55,247 bases of DNA from Candidatus Woesebacteria bacterium (GTDB lineage Bacteria; Patescibacteriota; Microgenomatia; Woykebacterales; 2-01-FULL-43-14): assembly GCA_020060105.1 (NCBI GenBank), contig JAGVAV010000031.1:1-55247 (forward strand), in the 5' to 3' direction. The notes under the pieces were generated by a model that did not search any database, was not told where the DNA came from, and worked only from the letters and a program-made list of their open reading frames with translations. Position numbers and translations under genes: made by a program. The stretch's first letter is position 1; each line of letters begins with the position of its first letter. This document shows positions 43,771-52,548 of this stretch, one piece after another.

Positions 43771-44961
43771 TTAAGCAATCACCTTTGAGACAACGCCCGC
43801 GCCAACGGTGTGGCCTCCTTCACGAATAGCAAAGCGCAATCCTTCCTCCAAAGCCACCGGACCAATAAGCTTCACTTTCATCTTTGTGCTATCTCCCGGC
43901 ATAACCATTTCCACTCCTTCAGGAAGGGTTACCTCCCCAGTGACGTCTGTAGTTCTCAGGTAAAATTGGGGTCGGTAGCCTTTAAAGAAAGGTGTATGTC
44001 GACCGCCTTCTTCTTTAGTTAAGATATAAACTTCCGCTTCAAATTCGGTGTGAGGCTTTATAGAACCGGGAACAGCCACAACTTGGCCTCGCTCCACGTC
44101 TTCTTTTTCTATTCCTCGGAGCAATAAACCAACGTTGTCTCCCGCCTGACCTTCATCCAAAATCTTGCGGAACATTTCCACCCCGGTAACCACGGTCGAA
44201 GTAGTTTTCGGCCTGATCCCGACAACTTCGACGGTCTCGTTGACCTTGACCTTACCGCGTTCGACTCGGCCAGTCACCACTGTTCCCCGACCTTTAATGG
44301 AGAAAACGTCTTCGACCGGCATTAAGAAAGGCTTATCCAGCTCTCTGGTGGGGGAAGGAATGTACTCATCCACCGCCTTCATCAGTTCTTCAATACTTTT
44401 TACTCCTTCTGAATCGCCTTCAAGCGCCTTTAGAGCGGATCCCCGAATTATTGGAATGTCGTCCCCAGGAAATTCGTACTTAGTCAAAAGTTCTCGAACT
44501 TCCATTTCCACTAAGTCAAGCAATTCGGGATCAGAAACCATGTCGACTTTATTCATAAAAACGACAATTGCCGGCACCCCCACCTGTCGGGCTAGAAGAA
44601 TGTGTTCTCTCGTCTGAGGCATTGGGCCATCCGCCGCCGAAACCACCAAGATAGCTCCGTCCATTTGGGCCGCCCCGGTAATCATGTTTTTTACGTAATC
44701 TGCGTGTCCCGGACAGTCTACGTGAGCGTAGTGTCTCTTTTCTGTTTCATACTCAACATGAGCAATGGCAATTGTAATTCCTCGCTGCCTTTCTTCCGGA
44801 GCGTTATCAATTGAATCAAAAGGTCGAAACTCCGCTCCACCCTTTTGCGACAAAACTTTCGTAATCGCCGCGGTTAAAGTTGTCTTTCCATGGTCAACGT
44901 GACCAATAGTACCCACGTTTAAGTGGGGTTTAGTTCTTTCAAATTTCTTGGCTTCAGCCAT
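43771..44961 (-). CDS. tuf: Elongation factor Tu
   Basis: [27 protein letters not shown] and NKVD. Confidence 0.98.
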   Translation of the reverse strand: MAEAKKFERTKPHLNVGTIGHVDHGKTTLTAAITKVLSQKGGAEFRPFDSIDNAPEERQRGITIAIAHVEYETEKRHYAHVDCPGHADYVKNMITGAAQMDGAILVVSAADGPMPQTREHILLARQVGVPAIVVFMNKVDMVSDPELLDLVEMEVRELLTKYEFPGDDIPIIRGSALKALEGDSEGVKSIEELMKAVDEYIPSPTRELDKPFLMPVEDVFSIKGRGTVVTGRVERGKVKVNETVEVVGIRPKTTSTVVTGVEMFRKILDEGQAGDNVGLLLRGIEKEDVERGQVVAVPGSIKPHTEFEAEVYILTKEEGGRHTPFFKGYRPQFYLRTTDVTGEVTLPEGVEMVMPGDSTKMKVKLIGPVALEEGLRFAIREGGHTVGAGVVSKVIA

Positions 44962-45059
44962 ATATTCCTCCTTAAGCTTTTAGAGTAAAAGTAAAGAGCA
45001 GAAAGGATAACCCTTTACTTGTACTCCACTTAAACATATAAATTCAAATTGACTTACTT

Positions 45060-47132
45060 TTATTTCTTCGTTATTAATGTTGCGGCAATATTTGTCGGGA
45101 CCTCTTCGTAGTGCGATGGTTCCATGCTGAAGGCCGCCCGACCCTGAGTCATCGATCTTAAAGCCGTCGCGTAACCAAACATTTCGGCTAAAGGCACCAA
45201 AGAATGAATCACCCGCGCGTTTCCTCGACTTTCAGTTCCTTCTATTCTACCACGTTTTGAAGATAAATCACCAATGACATCCCCCATAAAATCTTCCGGG
45301 GTCGTTACTTCCACCTTCATAATCGGTTCCAGCAAAACCGGGTCTGCTTTAGTTGCCCCGTCCCGAAGAGCCATCGCTCCGGCGATTTTAAACGCCGCCT
45401 CCGAGGAGTCCACTTCGTGGAAACTCCCATCATAAACGGCCACCTTCATGTCCACCATCGGATATCCCGCTAAAACCCCATTCTCCATGGCTTCTCTAAC
45501 CCCCTTCTCAATCGGGGCAATAAACTCTTTCGGGATCGCTCCACCCACTATTTCCGAAACAAACTCATAACCTTCGCCCCGACCTCTTGGCTCAAGACGC
45601 AGCAAACAATGTCCGTATTGCCCGCGACCACCCGATTGGCGAATATACTTCCCTTCCGCATTAGCGACTTTCCGAACTGTTTCTCGATACGCCACTTGCG
45701 GCTTCCCAACGTTAGCCTCAACACCAAATTCGCGTTTCATTCTATCAACAATTATGTCCAAATGCAATTCCCCCATCCCGGAAATAATCGCTTGACCAGT
45801 TTCTACGTCGGTTCGCATTTTAAAAGTCGGATCTTCCTCGGCTAATTTTGATAAGGCTAAACCCATTTTCTCTTGGTCCGCTTTAGTTTTTGGCTCGATG
45901 GCTAAAGAAATAACCGGCTCTGGAAATTTAATCGTTTCTAAAACAATTTTAGTGTTTTCATCACACAGCGTGTCACCGGTAAAAGTGTCTTTAAGTCCCA
46001 CCGCCGCGCCGATTTCCCCGGCTGAGAGTTCGGTAACCTCTTCTCGATGGTTAGCATGCATTAAAAGCAATCGGCCAATTCTTTCTTTGGCGTCTTTAGT
46101 GGAATTAAAGGTATAAGAACCGGCGGTAATTCTACCGGAATAAACTCGAAAGTAAGTCAAGCGCCCCACAAACGGATCAGACATCACCTTAAAAGCTAAA
46201 GCGGCAAAGGGGTTGCTTTCGTCGGCAACTCTCTCGACTTCGGTTCCGGTTTTAACTTCAATTCCGGTCACCGCCGGAACCTCTCGTGGAGAGGGTAAGT
46301 ATTCAATAATCGCGTCAAGAAGCGGTTGAATGGCTTTGTTCTTCAAAGCGGAACCGGCGAGAACGGGAATTAGAGAAACTTCCAAGACCGCCTTGCGCAA
46401 ACCTCTTTTTATCTCTTCAATGCTAAGCTCTTCGCCATTTAAGTACTTTTCCAATAAATCATCATTCTTTTCGGCAACCGCCTCAATTAATTTAGCCCGG
46501 TATTCTTCAACTTTGTCTTTCATCTCCGCCGGAATTTCTTGTTCAATCGGATTAGCCCCCAACTCATCCGTATAAACGGTAGCTTTTCGCGTTACTAGAT
46601 CAACTACACCTTTAAAGGAATTCTCAAAACCAATCGGCAGCTGAACCGGATGGGCGTTCGCCCCAAGCCGTTCTCTAATAGAATTCAAACTCATAAAAAA
46701 ATCGCCGCCAATCGCGTCAAGTTTATTAACAAAGCAAATTCTGGGCACGTTATACTTGTCCGCTTGACGCCAAACGGTTTCGGATTGAGGTTCTACCCCC
46801 ATCTTTCCATCAAAAACCACTACTCCGCCGTCTAAAACCCGCAGGGATCTTTCTACCTCCGCCGTAAAGTCAACGTGGCCGGGAGTATCGATAATATTAA
46901 TTCGGTGATCTCGCCAAAAGGTCGTCGTCGCGGCGGAAGTAATCGTAATTCCACGTTCTCTTTCTTGAGCCATCCAGTCCATGACCGCTGTTCCTTCATG
47001 AACTTCGCCGATTTTGTAAGTCCGGCCGGTATAGTAAAGAATACGCTCAGTAACCGTGGTTTTTCCGGCATCAATATGGGCAATAATACCAATATTTCTA
47101 ATTTTTTCTAACGGATACTTCTTCTCAGCCAT
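45060..47132 (-). CDS. fusA: Elongation factor G
   Basis: [24 protein letters not shown] and NKLD. Five-domain length of 690 aa. Confidence 0.98.
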   Translation of the reverse strand: MAEKKYPLEKIRNIGIIAHIDAGKTTVTERILYYTGRTYKIGEVHEGTAVMDWMAQERERGITITSAATTTFWRDHRINIIDTPGHVDFTAEVERSLRVLDGGVVVFDGKMGVEPQSETVWRQADKYNVPRICFVNKLDAIGGDFFMSLNSIRERLGANAHPVQLPIGFENSFKGVVDLVTRKATVYTDELGANPIEQEIPAEMKDKVEEYRAKLIEAVAEKNDDLLEKYLNGEELSIEEIKRGLRKAVLEVSLIPVLAGSALKNKAIQPLLDAIIEYLPSPREVPAVTGIEVKTGTEVERVADESNPFAALAFKVMSDPFVGRLTYFRVYSGRITAGSYTFNSTKDAKERIGRLLLMHANHREEVTELSAGEIGAAVGLKDTFTGDTLCDENTKIVLETIKFPEPVISLAIEPKTKADQEKMGLALSKLAEEDPTFKMRTDVETGQAIISGMGELHLDIIVDRMKREFGVEANVGKPQVAYRETVRKVANAEGKYIRQSGGRGQYGHCLLRLEPRGRGEGYEFVSEIVGGAIPKEFIAPIEKGVREAMENGVLAGYPMVDMKVAVYDGSFHEVDSSEAAFKIAGAMALRDGATKADPVLLEPIMKVEVTTPEDFMGDVIGDLSSKRGRIEGTESRGNARVIHSLVPLAEMFGYATALRSMTQGRAAFSMEPSHYEEVPTNIAATLITKK

Positions 47133-47205
47133 AATTCCCCAAAAATAAAAAGTAGTGGTTTTTTCTATTTTCTACTTTCTACTCACTATTTTCTAATTAC
47201 TATCC

Positions 47206-47685
47206 TTACCACCGGAAATGGGCGAAGGCTTTATTGGCTTCGGCCATTCGGTGAGTATCTTCCTTTTTCTTAATCGCCGCCCCAACTCCATTTGAGGCAT
47301 CAATCATCTCCGCGGCTAATTTATCTGCCATCGTTTTATATTGACTCGAGGAGCGCGACTTTGCGGAAAGGATCAGCCAGCGAATCGCTAAGGCCTCCTT
47401 TCGGTCGCCGCGAACCTCCATCGGAACTTGATAGCTTGCCCCACCAACCCGACGAGGGCGAACCTCGAGACGAGGGGAGACATTTCGAAGCGCTGTTTCA
47501 AAAACTAAAATAGGGTTTTTCTCCGTTTGATCTTTAATTTTATCCAAAGCCTGATAAACGACTTTTTGCGCGACCGATTTCTTACCCGACTCCATCACTC
47601 GGTTAATAAACCTCGCTAGCAAACGGTTGCTATACAAAGGATCAGGTTCAACTTCTCTTTTTGAAATTATTCTTCCTCTAGCCAT
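47206..47685 (-). CDS. rpsG: 30S ribosomal protein S7
   Basis: PDPLYSNRLLARFINRVMESGKKSVA...AFAHFRW. Confidence 0.95.
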   Translation of the reverse strand: MARGRIISKREVEPDPLYSNRLLARFINRVMESGKKSVAQKVVYQALDKIKDQTEKNPILVFETALRNVSPRLEVRPRRVGGASYQVPMEVRGDRKEALAIRWLILSAKSRSSSQYKTMADKLAAEMIDASNGVGAAIKKKEDTHRMAEANKAFAHFRW

Positions 47686-47761
47686 AAGTACCAGAAATTA
47701 GAAAGTAGTAGGTAGAAAGTAGAAATTTTTTCGCTATTTTCTATTTTCTAGATTCTATTTT

Positions 47762-48184
47762 CTATTTCCTTGCCTCCTTAACTCTTTTAGTCCCATATCT
47801 TGAACGGCCTTGTTTTCGATTAACGACGCCGGAAGCGTCTAAATGGCCTCGAATAATGTGATACTTTACCCCAGGCAAATCTGGTACTCGACCGCCCCTA
47901 ACGATAACAATCGAATGTTCTTGAAGCTCATGGCCAATTCCAGGAATGTAAGCGATAACTTCTTTTCGGTTGGATAGTCTAACCCTGGCAACTTTCCTCA
48001 AAGCTGAGTTTGGTTTTTTCGGAGTGGTTGTTTTGACGATAGTACAAACCCCTCTTTTTTGAGGCGAAAAGGTCGGCACACTCCTTCTTTCTCGAGCATT
48101 AAAAGAGCTCCGAAGGGCCGTTGCCTTGACCTTTTTAGTCACTTTTTTTCTTCCTTTTCGAACTAACTGTGAAATTGTCGGCAT
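47762..48184 (-). CDS. rpsL: 30S ribosomal protein S12
   Basis: The ATG at 48184 ([14 protein letters not shown]...) is the likely start. [17 protein letters not shown] and [17 protein letters not shown] are present. Confidence 0.96.
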   Translation of the reverse strand: MPTISQLVRKGRKKVTKKVKATALRSSFNARERRSVPTFSPQKRGVCTIVKTTTPKKPNSALRKVARVRLSNRKEVIAYIPGIGHELQEHSIVIVRGGRVPDLPGVKYHIIRGHLDASGVVNRKQGRSRYGTKRVKEARK

Positions 48185-48311
48185 AATAAACTTTCCTTCC
48201 AACAAGGAAACCCCGCTTTAATCGGGGCTTGGACGTAAGAAAAACCAATTACTTACTTAAATAGGTAAGATTAAGGTTTCTTAACCCCCTTCCATGTTTT
48301 CAACCGCTCAC

Positions 48312-48340
48312 ATTATATCTAACCTAAAGCTATCTGTCAA
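48312..48340 (-). promoter_or_regulatory. Consensus sigma70 promoter of the str/ribosomal superoperon
   Basis: Minus strand reads TTGACA (48335-48340), a 17-nt spacer, then TATAAT (48312-48317). This predicts a 5' UTR of about 120 nt containing the hairpin CCCCG-ATTAAAG-CGGGG before rpsL. Confidence 0.6.
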
Positions 48341-48365
48341 ATGTTTTTTGGCACGTTAAATTTTC

Positions 48366-50090
48366 TCACAGTTGCCAATCCCTTTTCAAGTAACTAAAAT
48401 CTATTCCGTTAACTCTATTGTCTGAATAAATGTCTGCCGAAGAAGTCGCGGGGTTAAACCAATTGTTAAAAAGAATCGCCGCGTCGGTAGCGTTAACTAA
48501 GTTATCGTTATTTAAATCAGCAGAGCCGGTTATTGGGACTGCTCCATATTGAGCCAGGATTGGATAGATGGTGTTGGTCACAGAGAAGTTTTGAAGTTCT
48601 GGATTGTAAACATCATAAGGATCACCTGGTTCTAAAGTATAATATTTAACCAGATGAGTTCTAAATTCTTCCCTGATTCTCTCTTCCATCGGCCAGGGCC
48701 ACAAGAGTTGTGCAGGAGTGCCGTCTGAACCGTCCTTTAAGACTCCATCAATATATCTATACTGCAATCTGGCTCCTCCTCCTTGATACGAAGTGTCTCC
48801 AATAAAGCTGTCTTCAATACTTGAATAACCCTCAAGACCATAACCATTTACCCCGGCTCCTTCAGCTGGCTCGGGATCACCGATACCGTTATTGACAGCA
48901 GTAACCCGGACCAGTCGGTTATTACTTCCGCCACTGTCACCAGTTATTCCTACTCCCCCATTACCCCAGGCAAACAAATCCTGAATTAAGGTATCAACCA
49001 CTGGATCAATAATACCAGCTCCTTTACGCACGCCATTCCAACCAGAAAGTTGAGTACACTGTCTATTGGCATAAGTTCCCCCATAAGGATAAGGACAAGG
49101 CCAAGTCATGGAAGTTCCATCCCATTTCATCCCCATCCCAATAGCCATAGAACCTAATATTTTATTACCGGAAACGTTAGCCGCTACTCCACTTTGATTC
49201 TGAATGTTGAAACCATTGGTGGCCATTCCATAAACAATGTTGTTTTCAATGGTGTGATTAGCCCCACCATAGAGTTCTATCGTGTCCTGCCACGGCCAAG
49301 CACCAGGATCAAAATTTATTCCTCTCCATTCCAAAGAAGCAGCAAAGCAACGACGGAAAGTGTTATTTGACCCGCCAAAGCTATAAATCATCTTTCGACC
49401 TGAACCAGCCGCCACACAATCTTCAACCAAATTATTACTGTTATTTGTCAAGAGTCCTATGACGGCAGCGTTCTCATCAGTGTGAGCATTATAGGCAGAG
49501 ATCCGGCGTAAGATATTGTTATGTCCCCAAATACTAATCGTACCGTATCTCCCGTTTTTAACCACCAGTCCCTCAACAACAAAGTAATTTCCGACTGGGT
49601 TTTGGCCAGATTCACCCGTCCAGGTATCTCCTAAGTGAAAAGGTACTAAGTCTCCTATCCCATCACCATTTGTATCTCCATCAATAACAGCCTTACCATC
49701 ATTTTTAGCTCTAATGGTAATAGGTTTGCCAGCCTCTCCATTTCTTTTGTTCGGATTTAACCTTTGACGATAAACTCCATCAAGTAAGATGAGAGTATCT
49801 CCAGGATAAAGCAGTTCCCAGGCTTTATTAAAGGTAGCTAAAGGAGTAGTTTCAGAAAGGCCATCATTTTGATCATTACCGGGCGGAGAGGTTGGGGAGA
49901 TGTAGTAAGTCGTTCCACCAGTTTGAGCTTGAGTTTCAGAAGAAAAGTTAAAATTCTTCGGAAAGAAATTAAAGATAAGGTAAGAAAGACTAAAAAAGAG
50001 AGTAAAAAGTAAAATTAATTTTGGAAACTTCACCTTAAATAACTTAGCCTTGACTAGAAGTTGTAAATTGGAAATTCTAAATTTTATCAT
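48366..50090 (-). CDS. Secreted right-handed beta-helix protein with C-terminal dockerin
   Basis: N-terminal signal/anchor and beta-helix-type repeats (NNILRRISAYNAH, NNLVEDCVAAGSG, NNIVYGMATNGFNIQN). The C-terminal duplicated Ca-binding segments are DLNNDNLVNATDAAIL and DIYSDNRVNGIDFSYL. Confidence 0.65.
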   Translation of the reverse strand: MIKFRISNLQLLVKAKLFKVKFPKLILLFTLFFSLSYLIFNFFPKNFNFSSETQAQTGGTTYYISPTSPPGNDQNDGLSETTPLATFNKAWELLYPGDTLILLDGVYRQRLNPNKRNGEAGKPITIRAKNDGKAVIDGDTNGDGIGDLVPFHLGDTWTGESGQNPVGNYFVVEGLVVKNGRYGTISIWGHNNILRRISAYNAHTDENAAVIGLLTNNSNNLVEDCVAAGSGRKMIYSFGGSNNTFRRCFAASLEWRGINFDPGAWPWQDTIELYGGANHTIENNIVYGMATNGFNIQNQSGVAANVSGNKILGSMAIGMGMKWDGTSMTWPCPYPYGGTYANRQCTQLSGWNGVRKGAGIIDPVVDTLIQDLFAWGNGGVGITGDSGGSNNRLVRVTAVNNGIGDPEPAEGAGVNGYGLEGYSSIEDSFIGDTSYQGGGARLQYRYIDGVLKDGSDGTPAQLLWPWPMEERIREEFRTHLVKYYTLEPGDPYDVYNPELQNFSVTNTIYPILAQYGAVPITGSADLNNDNLVNATDAAILFNNWFNPATSSADIYSDNRVNGIDFSYLKRDWQL

Positions 50091-50173
50091 GGCTTAAGCT
50101 AATTATGTCAAAGGAAAGCTTCTTTGTCTAGTTTGAGAATAGATGCCTTATAGCTGGCTCTGATCAAATTCTC

Positions 50174-51148
50174 TCATTTATCCCAGTTGCCTAAAAGGAC
50201 AGTCAAATCAAAGATATTAATTCGCGAGTCTTGGTTTAGATCTGCTTCTCCCATATTTTTGACCCAACCCCACCGACGAAGCAGCTCGGATAAATCAAAA
50301 ATATTAACCTTTCCGTTTCGATCCAAATCGCCTTTTTTCGGTTTCACAAAAGGAAGGTCGATCTTTGGCAGGCTTATCTTGGGCAGTTCGATCAGCGGTA
50401 AACTAATCTGAGGTAAAATAACCAGGCCCGGCTCTTCTTCCTCTTCTGGGGCCGGTTCTGAACTCGGTTCAGGAGAAGCCGGAGTAGAAGGCGTTTCCGA
50501 ATCCTCTTCCTCCTCATTAACAGGATTTTCCTCGTCAGAAGACGGGTTAGAAGGGTTTTCCGAATCCTTTGGAGAAGCAGGCGGGGGAGGAGGGGGCGGC
50601 GGAGGAGGTGAAACTACTTCGTATGAACCGCCAAGGCTTGCCGCCAAATCCAAAGTATCTTTACTATCCGAAGCTCGAGGCGCGGCCGAGCCGGAAGCGA
50701 AACTAACTCCCGCCGAACCAACTGACTTCCCTTTAAAAACAATCTCAAATACCTTAAGTTCGCCGCTTAAACCCTCATAATTTCCTCTAGTCACTTCCAC
50801 TTTTCCTTCGCTTAGTAACTCCTCTACTCCAAGATTGAAAGAGGAGTTATCGGTATTAAGAGAAACTACTTCCAGTAAGTCTGGGGAGTAAGTCAAAACA
50901 ACGGTGATCGCATTAACAACAACCGAATCAGCCTTTAAGAGCACCGAAACGTTAAGTTGATCGCCTTGGTTAATCGACCCGGAGGAAGGAGAAAGGGCAA
51001 GAGTGGAACTATCCGTTGCCTCCGAAACCGCCGTTTCCTCCTGAAACTCGACTCTTAAACCGCTGGTGAAAATAAGAAATAAGGTGGTTATCAGTAACCA
51101 GTGTAAGCGGTGGTGAAACTTTAATTTTTTTAGCATGTCCATGGCCAA
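50174..51148 (-). CDS. Cohesin-like module, Pro/acidic linker and dockerin (adaptor scaffoldin candidate)
   Basis: Signal helix, then a cohesin-like module (LALSPSSGSINQGDQLNVSVLL...VSFASGSAAPRASDSKDTLDL), a P9 linker, and dockerin segments DLDRNGKVNIFDLSELL and DLNQDSRINIFDLTVLL. The start may be the ATG at 51142 or 51136. Confidence 0.6.
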   Translation of the reverse strand: MAMDMLKKLKFHHRLHWLLITTLFLIFTSGLRVEFQEETAVSEATDSSTLALSPSSGSINQGDQLNVSVLLKADSVVVNAITVVLTYSPDLLEVVSLNTDNSSFNLGVEELLSEGKVEVTRGNYEGLSGELKVFEIVFKGKSVGSAGVSFASGSAAPRASDSKDTLDLAASLGGSYEVVSPPPPPPPPPPASPKDSENPSNPSSDEENPVNEEEEDSETPSTPASPEPSSEPAPEEEEEPGLVILPQISLPLIELPKISLPKIDLPFVKPKKGDLDRNGKVNIFDLSELLRRWGWVKNMGEADLNQDSRINIFDLTVLLGNWDK

Positions 51149-51195
51149 CCCTATCTTCCTTGCAGATTAACACTTTTTAAAGGCCCTTTTTCACC

Positions 51196-51231
51196 GATCA
51201 GTCCAGTTCGGCTCGCCGAACTGGACTGATC
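51196..51231 (-). terminator. Perfect 16-bp stem / 4-nt loop hairpin between two cohesin genes
   Basis: GATCAGTCCAGTTCGG-CTCG-CCGAACTGGACTGATC. A T tract (TTTCTT) lies on the plus side only, so terminator function for the minus-strand genes is uncertain. Confidence 0.4.
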
Positions 51232-51254
51232 TTTCTTGGCCTTAAGTTTTATCT

Positions 51255-52463
51255 TCAATACGTGGCGTTGCTATCTTTTTGCTGTCTGTTTTTCCACCAC
51301 TTCCAGGCAAACGGACCGACCGCGACAGCCAAACCTACTAGAAGCAGTATGATTATCCCCAAGTAAAGCGGGTTAATCCCAAACTCTTCGGCTTTCTTAG
51401 CCGGAGCGCTGAAAGCCACTTCAAAGTTCTGAGGAGTATCTGAATCTGTAACATCAATTTCTGAAGTTTCTTTTTTCTCCGCCGTCGCCACAATCACCAC
51501 ATGCTTACCCAAGGTTACATTTTCAAATACCGCTACCCCTTCATCGTTTGTTTTCGCCGTTAACGGCTCGCTGTAGAGGAAAACGTCAGTATTGGCCAGA
51601 GGGGTGCCTTTTTCATCTAAAACTTTAACGTAAACCTGGTAACCGATTAACTGAAGGGGAGTGTTTTCCCCAACCGTTTCATTACCCGCCGCATCCTTTG
51701 ATTTCACTCGAAAATGAATTTTTGCCCCCGGGGTTAAGATCGCGCTTTCCAACTTTAAGCTGTGATCAGTTTCCATATCGTCTTTGGTCACGCTAAGAAA
51801 GTATTTGCCTTGTTCTAGACCGTATTCGACAAAAGAATTGGCTTTTTCATCCGTCTTCCAGGTAACCACGGCGCTGTTTTTAGTAATTGAAGTCACGCTC
51901 AACCCGGAAATCTTGGGGGCGGTGGTGTCTTTTGGCTCTTCTTTCTTTGGTTCAGCTTTAACCACCTCGTAAGAGCCTTTCCCACTCCCGCCTAAGTTTA
52001 AAGAATCGCTGCTATCAGAAGCTCTCGGAGCGGCCGATCCAGCAACAAAAGAAATCGCCGCATTCCCTAAGGCTTTACCTCGAAATCCTATCGTCGCCAC
52101 CGTCACGTTACCGCTAACCGGATTAACGTTGCCTCGAGAAATCTTAACACTTCCCCCTCCATAAGTCTTTTCCGCTTCAATCGCGAAGGCCGACCCGTTA
52201 GTGCTAACCCAAGCAACATCCAATTTATCGGCCGGGTACGAAACAAAAGCCGAAACCGCATTCACCGAATCCCCGCCCGTATTAAGCCGGACTTGAACAG
52301 AGAGAGTTTGTCCTTGCTGAATCTTTCCGCTAGCGGGAGAAAGATAAAGCGTCGAGGCAAAAGCGGACTTAGCTTGAAGAAAAAGAAACACGAAGGTCAA
52401 CAAAACTAAAAATATCAGGACTTTTATCGGTTTAGATAAAAGCATTAACCTTAGATTAACCAT
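51255..52463 (-). CDS. Cohesin-like module, FN3 and Ig-like domain with a C-terminal TM anchor (anchoring scaffoldin candidate)
   Basis: Signal helix, cohesin-like module (LYLSPASGKIQQGQTLSVQVRL...ISFVAGSAAPRASDSSDSLNL), FN3 (ISGLSVTSITKNSAVVTWKTDEKANSFVEYG) and a C-terminal helix LYLGIIILLLVGLAVAVGPFAW followed by KWWKNRQQK. Confidence 0.6.
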   Translation of the reverse strand: MVNLRLMLLSKPIKVLIFLVLLTFVFLFLQAKSAFASTLYLSPASGKIQQGQTLSVQVRLNTGGDSVNAVSAFVSYPADKLDVAWVSTNGSAFAIEAEKTYGGGSVKISRGNVNPVSGNVTVATIGFRGKALGNAAISFVAGSAAPRASDSSDSLNLGGSGKGSYEVVKAEPKKEEPKDTTAPKISGLSVTSITKNSAVVTWKTDEKANSFVEYGLEQGKYFLSVTKDDMETDHSLKLESAILTPGAKIHFRVKSKDAAGNETVGENTPLQLIGYQVYVKVLDEKGTPLANTDVFLYSEPLTAKTNDEGVAVFENVTLGKHVVIVATAEKKETSEIDVTDSDTPQNFEVAFSAPAKKAEEFGINPLYLGIIILLLVGLAVAVGPFAWKWWKNRQQKDSNATY

Positions 52464-52548
52464 ATAGGCAGCCTCCTAAAAAGTACTTTAACTTGTTATC
52501 TCACTTTAGTTATTTTTGAAATCTTGCGCCAATCTTTATCAGCGTTGG

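Noticed and set aside
44165-44617. 150-aa plus-strand ORF antisense to tuf. Similar antisense or alternate-frame ORFs occur at 28992-29438, 34686-35051, 37612-37956, 12726-13160 and 25429-25806.
   Set aside because: Each is fully embedded in a strongly supported conserved gene on the other strand or in another frame. Their low-complexity Ser/Thr/Pro/Arg-rich translations are typical of shadow ORFs.
47165-47182. TTTCTACTTT in the fusA-rpsG spacer is identical to the core of the CRISPR repeat, suggesting an orphan repeat
   Set aside because: The match is only 10 nt of low-complexity T-rich sequence. The GTAGAT arm and the repeat's 5' half are absent, so this is most likely coincidence.
50581-50610. 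G-rich run on the plus strand (gcgggggaggagggggcggcggaggagg) as a possible G-quadruplex or repeat element
   Set aside because: It is the antisense of CCN codons encoding the PPPPPPPPP linker of the cohesin/dockerin protein, so coding constraints explain it. The ACN-rich run at about 26815-26850 likewise encodes the poly-Thr stalk.
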